From Camelus ferus (taxonomy: Eukaryota), in assembly GCF_009834535.1 (NCBI RefSeq), contig NC_045697.1, forward strand, positions 114,454,001 through 114,518,000: 64,000 nt of DNA. Reading direction: 5' to 3'. Positions 27,312-41,984 of this stretch are shown here, piece by piece. The notes under the pieces are model-generated. The model saw nothing but the letters and a program-made list of their open reading frames with translations, did not search any database and had not been told where the DNA came from. Both the position numbers and the translations under genes were made by a program. Position 1 is the stretch's first letter. The number at the start of each line of letters is the position of its first letter.

Positions 27312-27422
27312 TTCTTTTTTTTCCCCCAGATTTTGTTGAACTACAAATGGCATATAAACTTGCATAAGTTTAACATATACAACTTGATGATTTGATACAC
27401 TTATATATCGTGAAATGATTTC
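27312..27422 (-). mobile_element. Short L1MA-type 3' terminal fragment
   Basis: T-run followed by cagattttgttga...taagtttaa...tacaacttgatgatttgatacac...tgaaatgatt. Confidence 0.7.
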
Positions 27423-28032
27423 TAATCCCTTCTATGCACTTCATGATTTAAAGAGCAGGACCTCCTGCTTAGAGTGAGAAGTTAGTATTATCCTGGGAAG
27501 CATCAAACAAAGAGTAAAGATTTGAAATATAAGTGGAGTGGGATATGAAATGCAACCATAAAGGTCAAGTGAAATAAATAGCAAGTGACATCCTGCAAAT
27601 TGAAACTTGTGAATTTGAACATTTGTAAATTTGCTTATGAATAGTCTAGTGATTTAATCAAAAAATTAGAGACAGGAACACCAGATGCAGAGATATGTCA
27701 TCTTGTTCTAGTTCTAAAGGGCAGACATGTCAGGATGATAAATGGACCAGGAAATTGGTAATTCTGGCAATAGAGTAGAAAACATCTAGAAATGCTAGGT
27801 TACATAGGGAAAGAGGGGAAGAAAGTGGGGCATATACACTCCAAGAGCATAAGGATATTGAGATGAGAGAATTTGAAGCAGGACTAAATTGGATGTTTCA
27901 AAAATTCCAGAAATTTCCATTGTTAAGTGTGTGGGTCTTAAAAGAAAAATACGTTCTTTGGAGAGGACCACCCTTCATGTAAAAGAAGCTGATCTGGGCT
28001 TAAAACACTGTTCAGTCCCCATCTTTTAGAGC

Positions 28033-28335
28033 TGAGGGTCTGCAAATGAATAAACACAGACCAACCTGGAAAGTTGCCTATTTTTGTAAATAAAGCAATT
28101 TTTGCCTGTTTTTTGTTTGTTTGTTAGCTTTTTTGTTTGTTTTTTGTTTGTTTTGTTTCTTTAGAACACAGCCACATTTAATTTTTACAGTCTTGTCTGT
28201 GGCTGCGTTCATGCTATATTAGGACAAAGATGACTAGTTACCACAGAGACTGTATACCCCACAAAGTCTAAGATATTTACCATCTGGCCTATTTCAGACA
28301 AAACAACAACAACAACAACAACACTGCCAACTGTT
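28033..28335. mobile_element. hAT-Charlie non-autonomous element (MER58-like)
   Basis: tttttgtaaataaag...gaacacagccac...gtctgtggctgc...cagagactgtat...aagatatttaccatctggcc. Confidence 0.75.
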
Positions 28336-28626
28336 TTGGAATAGTGAATCTCAACAAAGGATGAGGGGAATGAAGATGTGCAGTAAACTGAGAAAGAGTT
28401 TCAAGTGATTTAAGTGATCATACAGCTCCAAAAGCTCCCACCTCTCCAAATCCCACACACACCCCTTGAGAGCCAGTGGCTCCTAGGAATGACATTTAAG
28501 CTCATTTCCTATTCGTTTTCTATCTTCTTTCCCCAAACAATCATGTGTCCCTTATCCATCACAATGTGTCATGTCCCTTGCTACTGCACATGGCGTACGG
28601 TGTTCTTGTGATTGGGTATCACAGAA

Positions 28627-28651
28627 CACACACACACACACACACACACAA
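28627..28651. repeat. (CA)n microsatellite
   Basis: Direct reading. Confidence 0.9.
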
Positions 28652-29591
28652 AGAAAGAAAGGCAAGTAAAAGAAAAGATGAAAACCTACACAAATGAGCA
28701 GGGAAAACCCTGACCCTTAGGGTTTGGTAGAACAGGAGTCCAGCCCTTACCTTTAAGGGTAGCAGTGTGCATAAGATCATTCTCTGAGTCTCAGATTCTG
28801 ATCATTAGTTCTTATCTGGGCCAATTAAGCAATAATCTATGTAAAAGCACCTCATATATTGCCAACATACAGGAAATAGTTAATTATACCCTGGTTTCCA
28901 GCTTGGAGAATACAATTCATTATTCAGGGATTAGCTTAAAATAATATTTAACCAAGATTAAGAAGTTGGATTAATCATTCACTTAACCCTTTGTTAAGCA
29001 TGGACCACATCAGTTTCCATATAAAATATTGTTTACTTTAGGTATTTCAGGCAAAAGACTGAAAATCTTGCAAACAAATCATGCATTATTTTCTTTCTGC
29101 CTTCCATGCCTAATAATTGCAGTTATATAAAGCAGACTCAATAATACACTTGAAAAATGGCATTTTTCAAATATTATACTTGTATGATGAGCTCACTTAA
29201 TTCCTTTATGGCATATCTTTTCACATATATTCTTCTGCAAATGAACCACATTGGTATGAATTAAAACTGTCACAATCGCTGAGGACAAAATGGATTCTGA
29301 ATATTAAAAATAAATACATAGATGAAATGATGGTTATCCATACGTGACACTTTTTATACTATGCAGGAAATAGGAAGTGAATATAAAATATGGTGTCTGT
29401 GCCTTTGATAGAGTATTGGGGTCTCTGTAATAGAATGACAGCATAGTTTATGAAACACTTGAATGCACTTGGAATAATTTGGCATGTCTCCAAAGCATGG
29501 AAGGAGGAAGGAAAACAGTTTAATTAGGACAAGCTAAGATAACTGTTTGGCTATGTAATCGGAAATCACTCTACCAAAGCTGAAACTGTAG

Positions 29592-29765
<174 letters not shown>

Positions 29766-29816
29766 TGAACACACACACACACGCCCCCCCATACTCAACT
29801 TTACAACTAAAATTTC

Positions 29817-29903
29817 TTTTTTTTTTAATTGAAATACAGTCAATTACAATGTGTCAATTTCTGGTGTACAACACAATGTCCCAGTCATGCATGTACACAT
29901 ATA
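29817..29903 (-). mobile_element. Short L1 3' terminal insertion about 60 nt downstream of the exon donor
   Basis: Poly-T plus aattgaaatacagtc...tcccagtcatgcat; 15-bp TSD tacaactaaa[a/c]tttc at 29802-29816 and 29904-29918. Confidence 0.88.
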
Positions 29904-30593
29904 TACAACTAAACTTTCATCATAAACAAAGGCACCAGAAAACTCTGTGAAATCAGCAATGCATTAAAAAAGAACAAGCGAACAAAAAGCAGTTTTCATA
30001 GGTAGAAAGGATAGAATTCTTGAAATATTAAAAATAGATTAAAGGATTGAAAAACAAGATTGTGGAATTTTCAGGACAACACTAAAACGATTTTATTTCT
30101 TCAGCAAGTGTACTTAAGATATTTAGGGTCTTGTCTTCCTATTTACTCATACATGAAGTTAAATCCTTTGCAAAATCCCTCTCCCAAATGATTTGGGAGT
30201 CAAGGTTCCAAAATACAGCCAAGGGACATCTTATACGTTTAATATATTAATGTCATTCTTTTTCTTGCCATTGCATGGTGGTCAGTGGCCCAATGACTAT
30301 ACAGCAGCCATTACTGGCAGCAGGCAGAGAAGAACTGGGGTTATTTCCAGCATGAGACACCCACTGCACTGGCGCCAACATCACCCCATGGGCTGTTCTC
30401 ACTTTACTGCTAGACATCCTTTGTCATCACTGTACGTCTTCTAATTGTATCATGAAGTTTTAAGAAAAATGCACTGTCCTTTTTAAAAATTATTACTTGG
30501 TGAAAGGGATGTGGATGGAGTGGGGAGGCTAATGATGGATTTTAGGTTACAGCCAAGTTATTTAGAACTCATGGAACTATTGTAGCATTTCTT

Positions 30594-31677
30594 TTTTTGA
30601 ATGATTATTTGGGTTATTTTAATTTTATTGTTTATTGCAGTACAGTCAGTTACAATGTGTCAAATTCTAGTGTACAGCACAATGTCCCAGTCATGCATGT
30701 ATATACATATACTCATTTTCATATTCTTTTTTATTAAAGGTTATTATAAGATATTGAATATAGTTCCCTGTGCTATACAGAATAAATCTGTCTTTTTAAA
30801 ATCTATTTTTATATATAGTGGCTAATATTTACAAATCTCAAACTTCCAAATTTATCCCTTCCCACCCCCTTTCCCCAGTAACCATAAGATTATTTACTAT
30901 GTCTGTAAGTCTGTTTCTGTTTTGTAGATGAGTTCATAGGGGCCTTTCTTTCTTTTCTTTTTTTTTTTTTTTTCAATGAGTGATTTTCTCTCTCTTTCTG
31001 GCTTAATTCACTTAGAATGATGATCTCCAGGTCCATCCATGTAGCTGCAAATGACATTTTATTCTTTTTTATGGCTAAGTAGTATTTCATTGTATGAATA
31101 TAACACAACTTCTTTATCCAGTCCTCTGTCAATTGACATTTAGGTTGTTTCCATGTCTTGGCTATTGTATATAGTGTATATGAACATTGGGGTGCATGTA
31201 TCTTTTTGAATTAGAGTTCCCCTTGGATATATGCCCAGGAGTGGGATTGCTGGATCATACAGTAAGTCTATTTTTAGTTTTTTGAGGAATCTCCATGCTG
31301 TTTTCTGTAACTGCTGCACCAAACTATAGTCCCACCAGCAGTGTAGGAGGGTTCCCTTTTCCCCACACCGTCTCCAGCATTTATCATTTGTGGACTTTTG
31401 AATGATGGCCATTCTGACTGATGTGAGGTGATACCTCATTGTAGTTTTGATTTGCATTTCTCTGATAATTAGTGACACTGAGCATTTTTTCATGTGCCTA
31501 TTGATCATTTGTATGCCTTCCTTGGAGAATTGCTTGTTTAGGTCTTCTGCCCATTTTTGGATTGGGTTTTTTTTTTTTTTCTTATTAAGTTATATGAGCT
31601 ATTTATATATTCTGGAAATTAAACTTTCATCAGTCGCACCATTTGCAAATGTTTTTTTACCATTCCGTAGTTGTCAT
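30594..31677 (-). mobile_element. 5'-truncated lineage-specific L1 (ORF2 C-terminus + 3' UTR)
   Basis: ORFs 31140..31508(-) and 30890..31132(-) encode the ORF2 Cys-rich C-terminus, disrupted. 16-bp TSD tattgta[g/c]catttctt at 30578-30593 and 31678-31693. Confidence 0.94.
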
Positions 31678-32819
31678 TATTGTACCATTTCTTAGGTAAG
31701 CTCTCTACAGGCAAACACTCAGACCCTTTCCTCCCCTGGCCTGCATGCCACAGCAGATTGTGTGGGGATTGGGTCTAGGTGCACTTGGAATGACTCTTCT
31801 CCCAAGTCTGATCTGTTATACCCATTTGTATCTCCTATCAATCTAAGTTTTTGCAGGGGCCCCTGAGGTTTTAAGGGCCCTTTCCTTAGACATGCCCATT
31901 GCTCTGAGCCCAGTTTTTGGACAACATTAGAGCGTTGTCCCAGGAATCTTCTTACTCCTCTTTCAATCAGTGAGTTCACATATGAGTAGATCCCGTGAGG
32001 AAGGAGGAACTTATCCAGGCCCCAATTCCCAGTACATCAGTGTCCATACTTGGTCTGACTAGGACAATCGTCATGATGAGCAAAAATTTAAAAATAAAAT
32101 TCTTCAAGGAGAAAAAGAGAAAAGAACACTGGATTTAATGACCTGGATAAGGTCTACCATAATTTCTCCACTCCTTTTATGCAGTTATCCTAAATACCAA
32201 TCTGCAGTTCACTTCCTGTTAGACATTAATTTTAGGCACCAAGTAATTGAAAACTAGTTTTCTTTGTCCTTTATGATGATGCTTATGAGACAGGTTTTTA
32301 ATTTCAGCTCTGTATTTTCATTTTCTTTTAATGCTGGTCATGCATTTTTCTATATATTTCTCTATCACAAAATTGAACTAGCTAGCCATAATTTCTTGAG
32401 TCAATAAATTACTATCTACCAGCATTTACATTTTAGGAACATTTTACTGGAAGAAATAATAAAATTGAGTCCTATGAATGTGTATTTTAATTACGAACAT
32501 TTTATGAAATCAGGTTTTCACTTTATTTTACTTATCCCTTTAAACTCTTACATGTCAAAATAAAGCATTTTAAATAATTTTTGAGATTGTCTTAGAAATA
32601 TGTTGTCAAAATCAGAAGTATCATTTTTATAAGATATAGCAGTACAGGCCTTAATACATATATATTTATAGAACTTCCCATGCTGTCTTATAAGAAGCAA
32701 GACGCAAGTGTAAGATTTGGAGGGTTTTTTTCTAAGTCTGAAAGTGAAATATTTCTAAGAATTTCTTATGCATTTAAATTATGTGACATTTTCAAGGATA
32801 AAGAACGGAAACTAAACAA

Positions 32820-33770
32820 TTTTGGTTTTGTTTTTTTAAATTAATGAATGAATTTTGGTAGGGATACTTAACATAAGGTCTACCCTCTTGACATATTTTA
32901 AGTGCACAACACTGTTAACCATAGGAACTAAGTTGCAGAGCAAAGCTCCAGAATGTATTCACCTTATGTAACTACAACTTTGCAACCAGTGAGCAACTCT
33001 CCATTTCTTCCCTTCTCTCCTTCCCCTGACCACCATCACTGTATTTTCTGTATTCATGATTTTGACTCTTTTAGATACCTCATATAAGTACCTTTAAGGC
33101 TGAATAATATTACAGTGTATGTATACACATTTTCTTTATCCACTGATTTATCAATAGATATTTGGGTTGTTTCTGTATCTTGGCTGTTGTAAATAATGAT
33201 GCAATGAACATGTGAGTGAAAGACATCTCCTTGATCCTAATTTCAATTCTTCTGGTTGTATACCTACAAGAGGAATTGCTGGATCATATGATAATTCTAT
33301 TTTTAACCTCCAAAATGTTTTCCACCATGGCTACACCATTTTACCTGCCCACAAACAACTTGCAAAGGTTCCAGTTTCTCCATATCCTTGCCAACACTTT
33401 TGTCTTTTGTTATTTTGATTAACAGCCCTTCCAATAGGTATGAAGATAACATCTCATGGTGGTTTGATTTGCATCCCTTATGATTAGTGACATAGAACAC
33501 CTTCTCATGGATTCACTGGCCATTGGTTTGTTTTTTTTGGAGAAAAGTCTATTCAAGTCCTTTGCCCATTTTTAAGTTGGGTTATTTTTCACTATTGAGT
33601 TACCGGAGTTCCTTTTTTTTGAAAATTAAATGCTTATCAGATATATAGATTGAACATAGTTTCTCTTGTTCCATAGGTAATTTTTTTTTCACTCAGTTGA
33701 TTGTTTCTTTTGCTGTGCAGAAACTTTTTAAATTTAATATGTTCCAACTTGTCTATTGTTGCTTTTATTT
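32820..33770 (-). mobile_element. L1MA-type element (3' UTR + ORF2 end)
   Basis: Antisense L1 motifs (ggaattgctggatcatatg, tttgcccatttt, tttgctgtgcagaaact). Confidence 0.8.
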
Positions 33771-34306
33771 TATTGTTGCACCATTATTAAGAACATACAT
33801 TATGTGCAGTTGATAACAGGGAAGTGGACATTTTTAGAAACTAATGTACATAATTAAAACCAGGATAGAGCTAAATAAGCAAATTAACTGAGTAGAATAT
33901 TAGTAACTACAGAAGAGAGTAAGTGGAAAATGTGAGACCGTCTGTGTGGTAGAAGGTAGTTTCCCTTGGGATACTTCCTAGGACTCAATAAATTGTCAGA
34001 ATTCCATATAAAAAAAAACAAAATCAGGGAAAACTCCAGCCTTTTTGTAAGCCCTCACTTAAGGACTGCTCTGGGTTCTCTTCTAGACATTTCATGGACA
34101 AAGACTAATAATGTTAATTACACAAGTCACACTTGTATTTTGACAGGTGGATGTTCTCAAAAAGAACCAAAGCAAACAGTTACAGACCCACCAGTGATGA
34201 CTTACTCTTCTTATTTGCATGGGTTAAAAATTCTTCACTTGTCTACCTGCACCAAAAATAATTTCAAAGGTCACTTTTCCTTTTAGTAGTGATGGGATAC
34301 AATGTG

Positions 34307-34516
34307 CAGTTGACCAACGTTGGGCTTAGGAAGGCCACCCCCCTCGCAGTCAAAAATGTGAGTATAACTTTACAGTTTGCCCTCAGTATCTGTGGTTCCA
34401 TGTCAGCGGATTCAACCAGCCACAGATTATATAGTGCTGCAGTGTGTCTTTATCAAAACAACCCACGTATAAGTGGACCCTCACAATTCAAAGCCATGTT
34501 GTTCAAGTGTCAACTG
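34307..34516. mobile_element. Tigger2-related MITE (TcMar)
   Basis: Inverted termini cagttgac...gtcaactg; internal cgtataagtggacc...gttgttcaa. Confidence 0.75.
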
Positions 34517-34534
34517 TTTATCTGAAAAGGTAGA

Positions 34535-34730
34535 TTGGTATAATAACAGAGCACGATCTTGGGAGTAAGACATGAGTTAGACTCACTGTATTACCACATA
34601 AGAGTCCTATGATTTGGAGCTACTACATAGCCTTTCTAAGTTTTAATTTCCTCATCTGTCATATGGTATAAATGTTAACTCACTAGGATTTCTATGCAGA
34701 TATTATAAAGCACCCTAATGCTAGGCATAA
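34535..34730 (+). mobile_element. MIR fragment
   Basis: Core motif tttcctcatctgtcatatgg with flanking MIR-like sequence. Confidence 0.6.
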
Positions 34731-37700
34731 ATTACCTCTTCCTCCAACTCCTGCAAATTTTCTGAAAGTAATTACTTATTTCTTGCTAGAGACATTGACA
34801 AAAATGGTTTTTAATGAGGCTGGAAAATCTAGTAATTGTTGAAAATCAGAGAGTTTCCAAAATGAGTGGCATATATAGATATAGACATTGAGAGGGATGT
34901 AGAGGCAGTGATGGATAGAGATATGAAGTATATGAACATCTATATTATTATATATTCAGATATAAAATATTATTTTTCTTGACATTAAAAAATTGAATCA
35001 GCTGATAAGAGTATAATTTTTTTCCTTTAGTGTAAGATTTTTCTGTGTAAAGAATAATATTTTTTTTTTTGACAGAGTCCACTTTTGCCACAGAGTCAAA
35101 GCAAAAGCTTCAATTTATTTTCCCTTTATATTGGTCAATTTATATTCCTATAGATTTAAAAATTATTTTGTAAGGTGCTTTTCTTCTGTTTTCTTTTTGG
35201 AAGATGCAGAGAAGAGAGATATTGAATTCCATATAGACAGCAAAAAAGATAGGGAAAGATTTACAAATTTTAGATTAAATGACACAATGCAGACTTTGCT
35301 TGGCTATGTCTTCAGAGTAATCATCTGGCTATTTTTGGTATAGTCGAGTTCTTATGGTTGGATCAATCACATTTATTTTCTTACAATACATTTCCCAGCC
35401 ATATGGTGCTATTGAGAGAAAGATTCCTGCAGAGCATGACAGGCCAGGGAGCTGATTTTTTCTGTACCCGAATCTTTGAAAATAATATACCCTACAGTTC
35501 CATTAGGAGTAGGGATTGATAACTAAGATTTAATGGAGTGATATTCAGGGAGTACTTAAATGCAAAGAACAGTAGAAGCGGGTCATAAACAACTGTGGTG
35601 CTTGGAACAGGGAGTAGAAGGTGATCTGAAATATGTGAGGGGGGTCTCAGGTAGAGGTAGAAAGTTATTTATTTGGAAGCATCTTGCATAGAGTGTCAGC
35701 ACTTAATACACTTCCATTCCCAATGGGAGTCAATTCCCGGAGGATAACAATTCATCTTCAGAATTAAGGTAAATGGAAAGCAGTGCGAACGTAGGCTGCT
35801 CTTGAAAGCTTTTGAGCCCCTGGATGCATTAAGCACCAGGCACAGGTTATATGACACCTTGCTGGGACTTTAGTGAAGGGTATGGTTAATCTAACTTCTT
35901 GCAAATATTGGAATATAATGACTGAAAATCTTACACTAGTATATGGAATGTTTTATTTATTTTTTTATTGTCACAGGCAATATTACATTTGGAAATATTG
36001 GTCTATTGTAACATTCTTTACTTTAGAATTAACTTCAGCAAATTAATTATATTTGTTGGCTATTATGACCTAAAATTAACTATGACTCTTTAAATAAGCA
36101 GTTTAAACGGGTTACACTCTACAAAAAAGATTACTTGAATGAGCAAATTAGATAAATATGTAATGTTCATATAAATTAATAATGATTATAAAACGTGATG
36201 AGTGTAATTCACAATACACAGATTTTGAAGTACAGTGAAATAGCACCACTTTTGTCTAAATATTTCAAAAGATATATGAATGCTTAAGAAGTATTTGCCT
36301 ATTTTAGAAATAGAGATGAGGATCTTAAAATAGGTTAAAATATGGTCTTTTTATATATAACAGCAGTTTAAATATGACATCACAACATTTGAATGTATTC
36401 TGATAATATAAACAAGGTAATAACCTTTCTAATCTTCATTTACTTCCTATTTTTAAAGACTAGAGAAAATACTTCATAGGGGCTGTTGTATAGATTTAAA
36501 AGATTCATTAACAAAGGGTCAGATTAATATCTACAGAGGCTAGGAGCTAATATAAGCAGATTAATGCATTGTCTATCAGCAGATAGATGGAGCCAAATAG
36601 ACCAGGCATCAATTAATAATTTTTATACCCAATGTGACCTGGGTAAAATAATTAGGAATTTGGAAAATCTATAGTTAAAGATAAGTTGTGGCCATTATAG
36701 CCAGGGTGATATTTTAACCCTGATAGTTATAAGCTAAGTGCTGGAATAAAAAAAGAACCAATTAAAAACATATATTTGAGGAAAAATGAAATAAATCAAT
36801 AAATGAAAAATATTGTTATTTTCTATCGAACATTTGCTGAATACTATTCAATAGAAGGACTATACTAAAAATATTTTAAAGCAGAGGGAACAAGTCATAC
36901 TTCTTTTGAAAAGCCCCAAAGACGACTTAGTTAATATTCGTCACAGACATTTACATATTAGTAAGCTTATTATGAAATAAAACACACTTAGTGTAATCAG
37001 ACTCATGTTGAGGTTAACCATGCTTGAGAAGCATTTATTATTTTATGAGCTTTCATTGCTCATCTTAAATACTAATATTCATGCTCTCGATTTGGTCAAC
37101 GACACTGTCACATCCTGTGAAGTAACTTGTTCTGTAAATCTTTTCATCTGTTGACCCAGAACGTGCTGAAATTATCTGCCTTGTGATTTCCATATCTGAA
37201 GGCTCTGTTTTCAAAATAGCACCGTTTTCAGTGTCATTAAACAGACCTGTTTCTAACGCATTGCTGTTCTTTACACAATAGTAGAAGCTTGCTTGTCATT
37301 TGACAAGATGCCGCGTGATCTGAATGTCAAAGATTGACAGGCTTACAACAATCATCAGTAATCAGGCATCTCTTGCCTACAAAACAAAATGCAACTCAAA
37401 GCTTCCTTATTTTGATTTATTGCCTACATTCCGTCTGCAGGGTGTTATATACCTTCAGGAGAATGTTCCCATCTTATCTTGTATTCCACAATGTCAATTT
37501 GTCTAATTTATTTTATGGTAAAATGAGGCAGGTAATGATGACATTTTATTTACATTTCTTCAGGCATGCAGACTGAATAAGATTATATACAATGACACTA
37601 CTGAGTATAAAATCTCTGTGAAACTTTTAGAAAATCTAGACACCGAAATTTTGTAAAATGTTAGGACTCACTTTGATATTCGCCAACTCCAGACGGATTG

Positions 37701-37732
37701 CAGTTGGCAAATCCTTTGCAAAATAGCTGTGC

Positions 37733-38128
37733 CAGGTATCCCCTGCTTTTTGTAAATTCAATTTATGCCACTTTGCTTTTACGAAAGACCTATTTCACTC
37801 ATGGCAAGCAATCCTAAGAGGATTTTTCATTCTTATGAAGAAAGGTGAAAAGTGCAAATCACATTCAACCTGTCTTGCAGCAGCCTTTACAGAGGCTGCA
37901 AGAGTGGGACCACCAAGCTCCGTCCCCGGGAATCACACTTAGTACCTCAGCATCTCAGCACCAAGCCGCCATAGCTGGGAACTGTCTGTGAGCATCTGTG
38001 ATTTACCTCCATTTGTTTTGTGCATCCCTTAGCAAGATGTGTCTTAAGGCAATTGCTTCTCTCAGTGCTACTTCAGCTTGGGAAAGGTTTCATAGAAACA
38101 CTCTATTTTCAGATAGTGGGGAAACCTG
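37733..38128. mobile_element. TcMar/Tigger-type non-autonomous DNA transposon
   Basis: Inverted termini caggtatcccctgct / agtggggaaacctg, followed by TA. Confidence 0.72.
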
Positions 38129-39069
38129 TACTTAAGTTCCCAAAGAAGTGAGACTTGTCATCAGTCCATGATTTTCTCAGAGTTCTCTGCTATACGAATT
38201 CCGTCAGAGAACGGTGTTGATGCGCGAAGAGTTAGTAAAACAAACGCGCCCTTCAGAAGCCCAGGCTCTGGGGCGAGGGGCTGGAGGGAAGTGACTTTTT
38301 TACGTTTTGTGAAATCTAGTTGGTGCTGCACACTTTTTATCAGTTGTGAGCAAGGGGCCCGTTTTTATACATCTGTGTGTCCTCTTATCCTCAATTTGCC
38401 CAGATTCTGGATTCTGATAAGAGCTGCTTGTTATACGAATATGCCAGAAAGAGTGAGTCAGACAGTTTGAATATTGTTCTGCCTCCTTCTTTGCTTTATT
38501 TTCCAACTCTGTGTGCATTTCCGTATTTGTGTTACCTGTGAAACATTATCTTACATATGAAATGGTATTAAACATGACATTTCCTAGTCACTTTTCTATC
38601 TCAGAAGTAAAATTGTGGGCCCATTTGAATATATTTCCCCTACATTGACCTGCTGCCTTTCTAATGCATATCTTTATACTAGATTCTGGTCTCAATAATA
38701 ATAAAACTTTAGGAAACATTCTGGCAATAGTAAAATTTCGATAGAAAATTAATTATTAGTGAACAAAATAGTTCTGCTTTTGTCTGAAACATGTCCTAAT
38801 AGAAAGTCAAAATGTGTTTCTAGATATAGTTTGGGTTCAGAAGACTGAGATTATGCTATAGAGTAAAGAAAAAAGATACGTTATTTTCTAATGTAATTAT
38901 TGCAGTGATATTCGAGCAAAAACTATATATTATACATATATAGATATATCAATCTAATATTGTATTAATTATGATTATATTAATATCAGAATATAATTTC
39001 AGGTATATATTTCAAAGGCAGGATAAATGTCAGAAAATCAGTATGATTAGACTAAAATTAAGAAGTTCT

Positions 39070-39193
39070 CCTTTTTTTTTTTTTTAGGGGAGAGATATTT
39101 GGTTTACTTATTTATTTTTGGAGGAGGTACTGGGGGTTGAACCCAGGGCTTCATGCACGTTACACTCTACCACTTGAGCTATACTGTCCCCCC
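39070..39193 (-). mobile_element. tRNA-derived SINE (Vic-1-like) with a small internal deletion
   Basis: Poly-T plus ggaggtactgggggttgaaccc...ctctaccacttgagctatac; diverged flanking repeat aaaatt(a)agaa[g/a]ttct. Confidence 0.85.
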
Positions 39194-41807
39194 ACCAAAA
39201 TTAAGAAATTCTAATCAAAAGAATTTGTCATTAAGATACTGTGAACATAAAAAATAACTTAGTGTCATAGATGGATAGGTAGATTGGTAGATGTATAGAC
39301 AGATGTAGGTGAAACAAGCCAAAGAAGATGTCATTTTTAAAGACTTTTCAGAGATGAGGAAAGCTGAAGGGCCAGTATATATTCTGAAATGATGTTAATC
39401 CTCATTAGTTTTTAAAGAAACGCACTTTATAATCACAAAGAAATGCCATTTTACATCCCCTAAAACACCAAGAGTTAAAAAGCTACCAAGGCTTGATGAA
39501 TTTTGGAAAAGTAGGACCCCTTATCCATTGCTGGTGGTAGTGTTGGTTTTACCTCCCTTTGGGAAGCACTTTGGTGTTACCTGCTAGAGCTGATTTCACA
39601 GATGCCTTGGGAGCCAGCGATCACACGTATTAGAGAAACACTGAATTACTATACATTCAGGAGTTATTTAAGAAGAAGAACCTGCCATGTAGTTAATATT
39701 TTGCTATAATTTACTGTTTCCTTTTAATTTGCCTCTTAATTACTTCCATATTTCCATGGCAACTCAACTAACTTAATTTAATTTAAATACATCTTACAAT
39801 AGGTGTAATTTGATTTATGTAATTTAAATGTGTGCAAAGCTAAGTTACCTTCCCAAGTGCATGAATACTATTTTGTTATTACTCCAAACTGATTCAGTTC
39901 TTAATGGTCTATTGGAAGAGGGACATTTACAAAATGTATAAAGCTCATAAGACTTTTCATTGTGAGGCGAACAAAAAAATCTGCAGGGAGCAATAGGTTT
40001 GTTCATTTGTGTTTTCACCTATGAAATATTTACTGAGAAAAGAACAAACACACAAACAAACAGGCTGCTAGCATATGGCCAGCACTCAATAAGACTGTGC
40101 TGTACTTTCAGAAAGGCTATAGTTTAGTGCAGTTAGAAGTAAAGGACAGCGGTGATCCCTCGTAGGGTAACATAATTGCTGTAATAGACACACAAGCCAA
40201 GTGGGGTAGGACTGCAGCCACAGAAGCATCAAATTCCAGCTGAGCTGAACTGCGTAGTCATTATCGAGGTGACGACATTTGAGCTAATCGTTGGTGACTG
40301 TAGTAATACTTCTACAGCTGGAGACTTAAAAGTATGTCAACTCAGAAAATAGGCATGAAGTCCACAGTGGGTTTTATTAACTTTGTATAATGTAATCATA
40401 TAAAGATTTGCTAGGAATTTGCAGCACCTGGAGAGAGCGAATTATTGGGTAGAACCAGATTAAGGGAAGCCTTGAACTGCATGAATGGAAAAAAATCAGA
40501 TTAAGAGTTTTTGATATACTATATTTCTGCAGAGGGAAAAATTCTTTTCTACATATTCACTATTTAGTGTTTACTCTAGAGCGTTGTTAACATATAGTAG
40601 ACATTTGAGTAATTTTTTTTAATCACCTGGGTAGGATTAACCAGATTCAAATCCCCAATCTAGTGTATAAGATCAACAGTCTTGTCTGTTGACTGTTTAA
40701 TCTCAAGAAGGAGGAGGTATTGTGGAAATTCGTGACAGCATGCTTCTGGAGCACAGCGAACGTGAGCGTTCGACGTGAGGCTGAGTCATCTTCCTTTACT
40801 CATCTTTTGAAGAGTCTTTGGCATAATGGCATTTCCCAAAAGATAGTGTTACTTGGTTTATCAGCGTCTCTGAACCTCCAAGAAGAAAACCAGTAGGTTT
40901 GGAAAGTACTGTTCTTTATAATAAATAATCATCTTTAAATAGCCAAGGATTAAAATTATGCCCTGGGCAGCTTATGCCTATTAAGTTATAACCATTAAAT
41001 TAGAGCAAAACTAACACTGAAAAGATTCCGTTATGCTAATAGATAGAAGATAATCCACTGTCAGCTCCATGCTTCTGTGGCCCTGAGAGCAACCTTCACT
41101 TCACACAAATCGGTACAGTGTTGACAGGTACACAATTCTGGCTATGGAGACTAACAGGAAAACGTTTTGTTTGAGACTCAAAGAAGTGGGTGCTCTGCTC
41201 ATTAATGTGTTTTCAGAACATTATTCTTTTACTCCAGACTATTTGATTAGCCTCTTGTACTTGTAACACATGCTGACTTGTTTTGCTTTTTACAATTACT
41301 ATAGAAATTAATTCAATTAGAGATTACAGAAATGACGTTTTAATGGATCCAATACTCTAAAATACTTGATACAGTGTCTTGCACATAATAAGGGCTCAAT
41401 CAGTGTGTTCTGTTCACCGATATTATTCTGGGTCACTGATTATCGGCTCTACATTTTTCTTAAATGTATTGGACGATGGATAAAAATGATATAAATGAAA
41501 AACTGTCTAAAAGTATGGGGCCATTCAAGAAAGAGTTACAAATTAAATATTTTTTAATTTATATTTAGTAGCAAGCTATTGAGGTTCAGACTGATTTAGG
41601 AATTACTTATACCTTCATTAGTATGTATGCCAACTGACGATTTATTTACTCTTGTGTCACATATTCTGTTACTTCTGTGAAGCTAAATCCCCTTTCTGAA
41701 TCTCAAAGTCACATGAAATGTTTTATACTCAGTTGGAAAAAATGCCCTCAGAAACTGAAAAATTTCTACTTTATTCAAATTTGATCATTTTCCTTTGCTG
41801 TTCCTTC

Positions 41808-41898
41808 ATTTTTCTGTGTGGGTGGAGGTACTGGGGATTGAACCCAGGACCTCAGACATGGTGAGCAGGCACTCTACCATTGAGCTATACCCGCCCCA
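41808..41898 (-). mobile_element. tRNA-derived SINE, short form (head only)
   Basis: ggaggtactggggattgaacccaggacctc...ctctaccattgagctatac; TSD gttccttc at 41800-41807 and 41899-41906. Confidence 0.85.
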
Positions 41899-41945
41899 GT
41901 TCCTTCTTATAGAGTGTGGAGAAGGTAGGTTTCATAGAGAATGTT

Positions 41946-41953
<8 letters not shown>

Positions 41954-41982
<29 letters not shown>
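41954..41982. repeat. (TG)n microsatellite
   Basis: Direct reading. Confidence 0.92.

Positions 41983-41984
<2 letters not shown>

Noticed and set aside
26931..27365. Longest ORF in the track (144 aa, minus strand)
   Set aside because: It is an F/L/S-rich translation of the complement of purine-rich, probably L2/L1-derived sequence, with no recognisable domain.
38190..38460. CpG-enriched patch or overlapping ORFs as a promoter or gene
   Set aside because: It is too short for a CpG island, partly MIR-like, and the translations are unrecognisable.
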